DNA from: Gemmatimonadota bacterium
GTDB lineage: Bacteria; Latescibacterota; UBA2968; UBA8231
Assembly: GCA_038128265.1 (NCBI GenBank)
Contig: JAYPJE010000038.1
Location: forward strand, 27,109-41,736
Reading direction: 5' to 3'
DNA: 14,628 bases
Positions within the stretch are counted from its first letter, which is position 1; each line of letters begins with the position of its first letter. A model generated the notes under the pieces. The model did no database searches. It saw only the letters and a list, made by a program, of their open reading frames with translations, and was not told the DNA's origin. Below are positions 8,697-14,628 of the stretch, piece after piece. The translations under genes were made by a program, and so were the position numbers.

Positions 8697-8819
8697 CAGA
8701 AACCTAGATATCTCTACTCGGCTTAATTGGGATAATGGTAGTCCATTGTGGTGGATAACTACCGTCGTCAGATGAATTCGATATATGCTTCAAAATGCGC
8801 ATGACCCGGTAGCACACAT

Positions 8820-8850
8820 ATTATATACGCTTATTCTGCTTGGGGATCAA
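8820..8850 (-). promoter_or_regulatory. Putative sigma70-type promoter for the 7TM hybrid kinase
   Basis: Minus strand TTGATC (8850-8845) followed after 17 nt by TATATA, overlapping a perfect TATAAT (8825-8820, spacer 19). It lies immediately downstream of the ahcY hairpin. Confidence 0.45.
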
Positions 8851-8853
8851 CGC

Positions 8854-8887
8854 AGAGAGGCCTGTGGAATTATCCACAGGCCTCTCT
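8854..8887 (-). terminator. Perfect 15-bp stem-loop 19 nt after the ahcY stop; probable terminator/3' stabiliser (no U-tract)
   Basis: AGAGAGGCCTGTGGA-ATTA-TCCACAGGCCTCTCT. No poly-U follows on either strand. Confidence 0.65.
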
Positions 8888-8906
8888 AACACCGCGCAAA
8901 AATCGC

Positions 8907-10232
8907 TTAGTAGCGGTAGTGATCCGGCTTGTAGGGCCCTTCCACTGGAATGCCGAGATACGATGCCTGATCGGCGTTCAAACTATCGATTTCGACGCCG
9001 AGTTTTTGCAGATGCAGACGCGCCACTTTTTCGTCGAGATGCTTGGGAAGCATGTAGACGCCTACCTCGTACTGATCGCTGTTATTATACAGCTCCATCT
9101 GTGCCAGCACTTGGTTGGTGAACGAGTTGGACATCACAAACGAAGGATGCCCCGTGGCGCAGCCGAGATTGACCAGACGCCCCTCGGCCAGCAGAATAAT
9201 GCTACTGCCGGAAGGGAAGGTAAACTTGTCGACCTGTGGCTTGATTTCCGTGTGCTTAATGCCGGCAAAACCCTTTAGCTGAGCAACTTGGATTTCTACG
9301 TCGAAGTGGCCGATATTACACACGATCGCGCCGTCTTTCATTCGCTCCATGTGGTCGATGCGAATGATGTCCTTACAGCCGGTCGTCGTCACGAAGATAT
9401 CGCCTTCAGCGATCGCATCGTCCATCTTCTTCACTTCGTATCCCTCCATCGCCGCCTGCAGCGCACAAATCGGATCGATTTCCGTAACGATGACGCGTGC
9501 ACCCAGCCCTTTCATGGCATCGGCGCAGCCCTTACCGACATCGCCGTAACCGGCCACGATGACCACCTTGCCAGCAATCATGATATCAGTGGCGCGCTTT
9601 ATGCCGTCGGCCAGCGACTCGCGGCAGCCATAGAGGTTATCAAACTTCGACTTGGTGACGCTATCGTTTACGTTGATCGCCGGGACCTTGAGCGCATCCT
9701 CTTTCAGCATCTGGTAAAGGTGGTGAACGCCGGTGGTGGTTTCCTCGGATATGCCGCGAATGGCATCCAGCATTTCCGGATGGTTGTCGTGCACCCACTT
9801 GGTCAGATCGCCGCCGTCGTCGAGGATCATATTGGGTCCCTCGCCCTCGCCCCAATTGAGCGTCTGCTCGGTGCACCACCAATATTCGTCTTCTGTCTCA
9901 CCTTTCCAGGCAAAGACCGGGATGCCGGCCGCGGCAATGGCGGCCGCCGCGTGGTCCTGCGTAGAAAAAATATTGCACGAGGCCCAGCGCACCTGAGCGC
10001 CCAGCGCTACGAGTGTTTCGATTAGCACAGCCGTCTGAATGGTCATGTGCAGCGATCCGGCAATGCGCGCCCCCTTGAGAGGCTGCTCGGCTCCAAACTC
10101 CTCGCGCAGCGCCATGAGGCCCGGCATTTCCTGTTCGGCGAGAATAATCTCCTGGCGCCCCCACTCAGCCTGCGAGATATCAGCGACTTTATAATCCTGC
10201 AATACGGTAGTCTTCTCTGCTGCTTGCGTCAT
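8907..10232 (-). CDS. ahcY: Adenosylhomocysteinase (SAH hydrolase)
   Basis: Signature motifs [87 protein letters not shown] and C-terminal [12 protein letters not shown]-like AGAGGA upstream. Confidence 0.99.
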   Translation of the reverse strand: MTQAAEKTTVLQDYKVADISQAEWGRQEIILAEQEMPGLMALREEFGAEQPLKGARIAGSLHMTIQTAVLIETLVALGAQVRWASCNIFSTQDHAAAAIAAAGIPVFAWKGETEDEYWWCTEQTLNWGEGEGPNMILDDGGDLTKWVHDNHPEMLDAIRGISEETTTGVHHLYQMLKEDALKVPAINVNDSVTKSKFDNLYGCRESLADGIKRATDIMIAGKVVIVAGYGDVGKGCADAMKGLGARVIVTEIDPICALQAAMEGYEVKKMDDAIAEGDIFVTTTGCKDIIRIDHMERMKDGAIVCNIGHFDVEIQVAQLKGFAGIKHTEIKPQVDKFTFPSGSSIILLAEGRLVNLGCATGHPSFVMSNSFTNQVLAQMELYNNSDQYEVGVYMLPKHLDEKVARLHLQKLGVEIDSLNADQASYLGIPVEGPYKPDHYRY

Positions 10233-10235
10233 GTT

Positions 10236-11162
10236 CTATTCCTCTTTCTGAGCTTCAAATGCTATGAGTTGTAGTGTGTCTGCGGCGCCGACGACTTCTG
10301 CGCCTTCAATGGCAAAGTGAAATTCGCGCAGCCAACGCTCTACTTCGGACGGCAGAAAACCGAGCCAGAGGTCGGCCAGATGTTCGCGCAAGCTCTCGTC
10401 TTCGTGCCGATACAAATCGACTATGACCAGACGGCCACCCGACCGCAGAGCGCGGCGCGCCTCGCGGATTGCTTCGGCCGGATGCGAGAGATGGTGCAAT
10501 ACCATACAGGCGACGACGAGATCAACTTCGCCGTCGGCGATGGGCAAATGGCCCAAATCACCGAGGCGAAAATCGCAGCGCATCGTCTCTTTGCCCAATG
10601 CCTTGCGCGCCATGTCGAGCATCGTAGTCGATGAGTCTACGGCAATGACCCGCTCCGCGCGGCGCAGTAAACCCGGCAGCAGCAAACCCGCTCCCGTCCC
10701 CATATCTAAGACCGTGCCGATGCCGTCGGGCACGCGTTCCATGGCTACTTTGCGGTAGTAATCTCCGTCGAGCGACTGGTGCAGCTGCTGTGGATCTACG
10801 ATGCTGTCGAAGAACCGGCGCGTCTGCTGGCGACGCCCTTCGACAACGTTTTCCAATCCCTGCAGATCCTCCGCATAGTTGGGCAGTTGGCGCTCGTGGC
10901 GCTCGCACAGGTCGAGCGCATCGACTACGACCGCCTCTGACGACTGGCCATTCCCCTGATAGTAAATCCACGTGCCCTCGCGCCGCTTCGTCACCAGTTC
11001 GGCTTCGGCCAAGATCTTCAGATGGCGCGATATGCGGCTCTGTCCCATGCCTAGGATGCCGATAATCTCATTGACGTTGAGCGAGCCGCGCACCAGCAGG
11101 CGCACCAGGCGCAAACGCGTCTCATCGGCGAGCGCTTTGTAGATTTTCAGTGGATCGGTCAT
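10236..11162 (-). CDS. sahR: ArsR-family HTH + SAM-dependent methyltransferase-fold regulator (SahR type)
   Basis: N-terminal ArsR wHTH (KALADETRLRLV...QSRISRHLKILAEAELVTKRREGTWIYY); C-terminal class I MTase motifs (VLDMGTGAG, IAVDSS, LPIADGEVD, MVLHH, LRSGGRLVIVD). It ends 3 bp before ahcY, the known sahR-ahcY arrangement. Confidence 0.9.
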   Translation of the reverse strand: MTDPLKIYKALADETRLRLVRLLVRGSLNVNEIIGILGMGQSRISRHLKILAEAELVTKRREGTWIYYQGNGQSSEAVVVDALDLCERHERQLPNYAEDLQGLENVVEGRRQQTRRFFDSIVDPQQLHQSLDGDYYRKVAMERVPDGIGTVLDMGTGAGLLLPGLLRRAERVIAVDSSTTMLDMARKALGKETMRCDFRLGDLGHLPIADGEVDLVVACMVLHHLSHPAEAIREARRALRSGGRLVIVDLYRHEDESLREHLADLWLGFLPSEVERWLREFHFAIEGAEVVGAADTLQLIAFEAQKEE

Positions 11163-11171
11163 AGTATGTAG

Positions 11172-11200
11172 AACTTACCGCGGCACTCTTTAAATGTCAA
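11172..11200 (-). promoter_or_regulatory. sigma70 promoter of sahR-ahcY
   Basis: Perfect TTGACA (11200-11195) - 17 nt - TAAGTT (11177-11172). The ATG starts only 9 nt after the -10 element. Confidence 0.7.
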
Positions 11201-11219
11201 TATCAAGATTTATTGATAT
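11200..11219. promoter_or_regulatory. Palindromic SahR-type operator
   Basis: ATATCAA-GATTTA-TTGATAT, a 20-bp site with perfect 7-bp arms, abutting the -35 box. It resembles the ATATCAA-N6-TTGATAT-type SahR motif described for deltaproteobacteria (recalled, not searched). Confidence 0.8.
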
Positions 11220-11350
11220 ATACCCGTTTATCGGCCCTAATTCGCCTATTCTACACGCCTTTTCTCAGCCTAGACGGCGGTAGGCGTTGACGCATCGGCC
11301 ATTTTCCGCCACGTTTCTTTTGCTTTCACACCTGTCAGAGGAGATACGCC

Positions 11351-11962
11351 ATGCGCATTATCGCCGTCGGTTGCGAGTATAGCGGCGTCAGCACGCTGCT
11401 GAACGGACTCTATGCATGGGGAGAACAGCGACACGTCCACTACCATATGGACGACCACTTTACCATCCCCGATGCCTACCACCTTTCAGACGAAGAACAG
11501 CGCGCCATGCTCGACATGCTGCCGGCGCTGAAAGAGCGCTTCCAGCGCTTCCAGATCGTCTACCACGTGCGACTGATAAACCTCTACGAAAACATCCTGC
11601 TGGGCGGCTTCCACATCGAAGAAGAGGTCTATGGTCCGCGCTACTACTATCCGGGCCTGCAGGTCAGCGACACGCGGCGCTACGAGAGCGAAATGCCGGA
11701 CGATGCCATTCTAGTGCACATGCACGCTCGCCCCGATGTAATTGCCGAACGCATGCAGCTTGCACCCCACCCCCATACGTTGATCCACCGCTCAGACATT
11801 CACCAACTGCTCTACGAATTCGCCCAGCAGTGCCGCAAGTCTTGGATCAAACGCAAAGTGGATATCGACACCTCCGACTTGGCACCCGATCAATTGCTCG
11901 ACGCCTTTTTCGCACGCGCGCGCGGACACCTCGAAGCGCGCGATGCGCTCTTGCTCGACTAG
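11351..11962 (+). CDS. Hypothetical protein with NMP-kinase-like P-loop fold and degenerate Walker A
   Basis: Strong SD (GAGGAG, 11338-11343). N-terminal MRIIAVGCEYSGVST (GxxxxG[K>V]ST); ILVHMHARPDVIAERM and VDIDTS resemble the later strands/lid of dTMP/shikimate kinase-like proteins. Confidence 0.75.
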   Translation: MRIIAVGCEYSGVSTLLNGLYAWGEQRHVHYHMDDHFTIPDAYHLSDEEQRAMLDMLPALKERFQRFQIVYHVRLINLYENILLGGFHIEEEVYGPRYYYPGLQVSDTRRYESEMPDDAILVHMHARPDVIAERMQLAPHPHTLIHRSDIHQLLYEFAQQCRKSWIKRKVDIDTSDLAPDQLLDAFFARARGHLEARDALLLD

Positions 11963-11969
11963 GCGCACC

Positions 11970-13055
11970 ATGGTGGAAATCGCAGAGGAGGGCATCCTCG
12001 ACCGCGCGCCCGGCCGCGGAGCTTATATGCCGTGGATTACCCCGCTGCCCAACGGCTCTTTTATCGCCAGTCAGCACGTGGGCACGGCACTGGGAGCCAA
12101 CGACTGCCGCATTGAGATCCTGCGCTCAAGTGACGGACGCCAGTGGCACAACGAGGGGCCTATTCCCTGCGACGATGCGTCTTTTTCCTATCGCGTGCCG
12201 CAGATACACGTTCTGCCCGACGGACGCCTGCTGATGACGGCAACGCGCTTTGAATGCAGCGAAGCCGACCTATTCGATCCGGAATCCGAGGCCCTGCAGC
12301 GGCCGCAGATGCTGCTCTACTTTTCCGACGACGAAGGCCGCCATTGGTCCCAGCCAAGCGTAATACCCGTCGATTTGCCGGCCGATCAATACACCGCGAA
12401 TGGGGCGGGCACGCTCCTGCAGCTGGCCGACGGACGATGGATGTATCCGTTTGAGACCTGGAAACCCGAAGGCTACAGCGGACCGCCCGACCAAAAGGCC
12501 GCCGCGCTCTTTTCGCCCGACCAGGGAAAGACCTGGAACGAGTGGTCGGTCGTCGCCGACGATCGCTCTGGAAGCCTATGCTACTGGGACCAAATGTGCG
12601 CACAGCTAACCGACGGGCGCATCTACACCATGCTGTGGACGCACCGCTACGGCACGAGCACCGATGCACCCAATCACTACGTCGTCTCCGACGATGCGGG
12701 ACGCACCTGGTCGCCACCGTGCGCAACCAATCTACTGGGACAGGTCTGCTGCCCCATTGCCCTGCCCGACGGACGCGTAGCCGCGCTGTATAATCATCGC
12801 CACCATCCGCAGGGCGTGCGCTTGGCCATTAGCGAGGACCTGCGACACTTCGACGATGCACTGGCGGTGTTTGATGCGGGCAGCGAGGCGACACTGGGCG
12901 AAGCTCAGAGCGAAAACTTCCTCGCCGAACATCTGCTCATCGCCTTTGGCAAACCCGGAGGCATCCAGCTAGCAGACGGCGACGTACTGGTCTGGTACTG
13001 GTGTACAACCTCTGGCATTACCCATACCCGCTGGGCGCGCCTGCGCCTGCAATAG
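11970..13055 (+). CDS. BNR/Asp-box repeat sialidase-fold (glycoside hydrolase-like) protein, no signal peptide
   Basis: Asp boxes SSDGRQW, SDDEGRHW, SPDQGKTW and SDDAGRTW; repeated L-x-D/N-G blade turns. Start revised to the ATG at 11970 (7 bp after the upstream stop) rather than 11943. Confidence 0.85.
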   Translation: MVEIAEEGILDRAPGRGAYMPWITPLPNGSFIASQHVGTALGANDCRIEILRSSDGRQWHNEGPIPCDDASFSYRVPQIHVLPDGRLLMTATRFECSEADLFDPESEALQRPQMLLYFSDDEGRHWSQPSVIPVDLPADQYTANGAGTLLQLADGRWMYPFETWKPEGYSGPPDQKAAALFSPDQGKTWNEWSVVADDRSGSLCYWDQMCAQLTDGRIYTMLWTHRYGTSTDAPNHYVVSDDAGRTWSPPCATNLLGQVCCPIALPDGRVAALYNHRHHPQGVRLAISEDLRHFDDALAVFDAGSEATLGEAQSENFLAEHLLIAFGKPGGIQLADGDVLVWYWCTTSGITHTRWARLRLQ

Positions 13056-13075
13056 ACACCGCCTAGAAACCAATC

Positions 13076-14628
13076 ATGCAAGACGAACGAAAGACCAAAA
13101 AGCAGCTTATCGAAGAGCTACAGGCCCTGCGCCAACAGCTGCAGCAGCGCGAAGACTCACAGCGCGATGTGACTGCCGGCCTGCGCTACCAGTCGGCGCT
13201 GGAAAACATTGTCGACGGAATCATAACCATCGACGAGTACGGCCATATAGAATCGTTTAATCGCGCAGCCGAGACGATCTTTGGCTACGCTGCAAACGAG
13301 GTCATCGGCTCCAACGTATCCATCCTAATGCCATCTCCCTATACCGACGAACACGACCGCTACGTAGAAAATTATCTGAACACCGGGCAGGCAAAGATCA
13401 TCGGCATAGGACGCGAAGTAACGGGAAAACGCAAGGACGGTACGACCTTTCCCCTGGACCTAGCCGTAAGTCAGTTCCATCTGGGTAAGCGGCGCATGTT
13501 TACCGGTATCGTCCGCGACATCACCGAGCGCAAACAGTTGGAGGCTCAACTCGTCCAGGCACAAAAGATGGAGTCGGTCGGCCAGCTGGCCGGCGGCATT
13601 GCCCACGATTTTAACAACCAGCTCGGCATTATGCTCTTCGACGTGGATATGATGCTGGCCGCACACGAAGAAGAGGGTCTGCGCGAGGACCTGCTTAAAA
13701 TCCGCAAGATCGTATTACGCGCCGCCAACCTAACGCGCCAGCTGCTGCTCTTTAGCCGCCGCCAGCAAATCGAACGGCAGCCTCTCGATTTGAATGGCCA
13801 AGTAAACGAGCTGCAAAAGATGCTCGATCGCCTGCTCGGCGAGCGCATTGCCATTCATATGGAATTGGGCGACAACCTGTGGATGATTAACGCCGATCCC
13901 GGCAATCTCGACCAGGTTATCCTCAACCTGTCCATTAACAGCCGCGATGCCATGCCCGAAGGCGGGTCGCTGCGCCTGATCACCGCCAACGTAGAAATTG
14001 ACTCAGAGCACTGTCGCCGCCACTCGCAGGCTCGCATGGGTCGCTTTGTGCGCCTGCAGGTCTGCGATACCGGGGCGGGCATGGACGAGTCCATTCGGCC
14101 GCGCATTTTCGAGCCCTTCTTTACCACCAAGGACGTCGACAAAGGCACGGGACTCGGCCTATCGGTTGTCTACGGTATCATCGAGGCACACGAGGGTTGG
14201 ATTGAGCTGGTAAGCGAGCCGGGACAGGGCAGCACGTTCTCGCTCTACTTTCCCGTTCACGGCGATGACACCGCCACTCGGCAGCGCGAGTCGACGCCTG
14301 CAAACCAGTCGCGCACGCGGGCACGAGGCGAGCGCGTGCTGCTGCTAGAAGACGAGCCCGACCTGCGCGATCGCGCTCTGCGCGTGCTGCGCGACCAGGG
14401 CTACGAAGTTTTTCCCTGCGCGACGCTAGGCGAAGCCCGCACCCTGTTTCGCCGCGAAGACGGTCGCTTTGACCTGCTGCTGAGCGACGTCTTTCTGCCT
14501 GACGGACGCGGGTCCGAATGGCTGCTAGAACTGCGGCGCGAACACGTAGACCTGCCCATGCTGCTGGTAACCGGCTACATGGATGAAAAGACCGATTGGG
14601 CACAGGTGCGATCGGCGCACATACCCGT
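13076..14628 (+). CDS. Soluble hybrid histidine kinase: coiled coil + FixL-type heme PAS + HisKA + HATPase_c + REC (truncated at the right edge)
   Basis: Not in ORF track (no stop in window). Manual translation: MQDERKTKKQLIEELQALRQ...IVDGIITIDEYGHIESFNRAAETIFGY...NVSILMPSPYTDEHDRYVENYLNTGQAKIIGIGREVTGKRKDGTTFP...RDITERKQLEAQLVQAQKMESVGQLAGGIAHDFNN...QVILNLSINSRDAMP...DTGAGM...FEPFFTTKDVDKGTGLGLS...VLLLEDE...LLSDVFLP...VTGY. Confidence 0.95.
   Translation, partial: MQDERKTKKQLIEELQALRQQLQQREDSQRDVTAGLRYQSALENIVDGIITIDEYGHIESFNRAAETIFGYAANEVIGSNVSILMPSPYTDEHDRYVENYLNTGQAKIIGIGREVTGKRKDGTTFPLDLAVSQFHLGKRRMFTGIVRDITERKQLEAQLVQAQKMESVGQLAGGIAHDFNNQLGIMLFDVDMMLAAHEEEGLREDLLKIRKIVLRAANLTRQLLLFSRRQQIERQPLDLNGQVNELQKMLDRLLGERIAIHMELGDNLWMINADPGNLDQVILNLSINSRDAMPEGGSLRLITANVEIDSEHCRRHSQARMGRFVRLQVCDTGAGMDESIRPRIFEPFFTTKDVDKGTGLGLSVVYGIIEAHEGWIELVSEPGQGSTFSLYFPVHGDDTATRQRESTPANQSRTRARGERVLLLEDEPDLRDRALRVLRDQGYEVFPCATLGEARTLFRREDGRFDLLLSDVFLPDGRGSEWLLELRREHVDLPMLLVTGYMDEKTDWAQVRSAHIP

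Noticed and set aside
9288..10025. 245-aa antisense ORF within ahcY
   Set aside because: Antisense mirror of a strongly codon-biased conserved gene; no independent evidence of coding.
11268..11315. Rightward promoter TTGACG-N17-CACGTT and small hairpin GCCTA/TAGGC
   Set aside because: The -10 match is poor and the stem is only 5 bp; insufficient to call.
10233..11350. SAH or SAM riboswitch controlling ahcY
   Set aside because: Only 3 bp separate sahR and ahcY, and the sahR leader is nearly absent. Regulation is explained by the protein operator.
11416..12726. Alternative ORFs 11416-12234 (+) and 12160-12726 (-)
   Set aside because: Low-complexity Arg/Pro-rich frames overlapping better-supported genes.
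13460..14603. Short ORFs listed in the track over the last 1.2 kb
   Set aside because: All overlap the continuous plus-strand hybrid kinase starting at 13076.

Overview
Gene-dense, GC-rich bacterial chromosomal region with no rRNA, tRNA, CRISPR array or recognisable mobile element. The gene repertoire (TPR + CRTAC1/ASPIC-UnbV, FG-GAP and Asp-box propellers, GAF-containing hybrid kinases) is suggestive of a Latescibacterota/Poribacteria/PVC-like organism, but that is inference only. Minus strand, in transcription order: an ArsR-methyltransferase regulator (SahR type) with a palindromic operator and a near-leaderless sigma70 promoter; ahcY; a perfect 15-bp hairpin containing a consensus DnaA box; a 7TM-PAS-GAF hybrid histidine kinase; a signal-peptide-less FG-GAP protein; and a translationally coupled operon of TPR lipoprotein, CRTAC1-family protein and a secreted protein truncated at the left edge. 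Plus strand: a small capless HAD phosphatase, and a putative three-gene operon divergent from sahR. That operon encodes a degenerate P-loop (pseudo-kinase) protein, a cytoplasmic Asp-box sialidase-fold protein and a FixL-type heme-PAS hybrid kinase, which is absent from the ORF track because it runs off the right edge. This three-gene cluster is the best candidate for an undescribed system, but a functional link between its genes is unproven.
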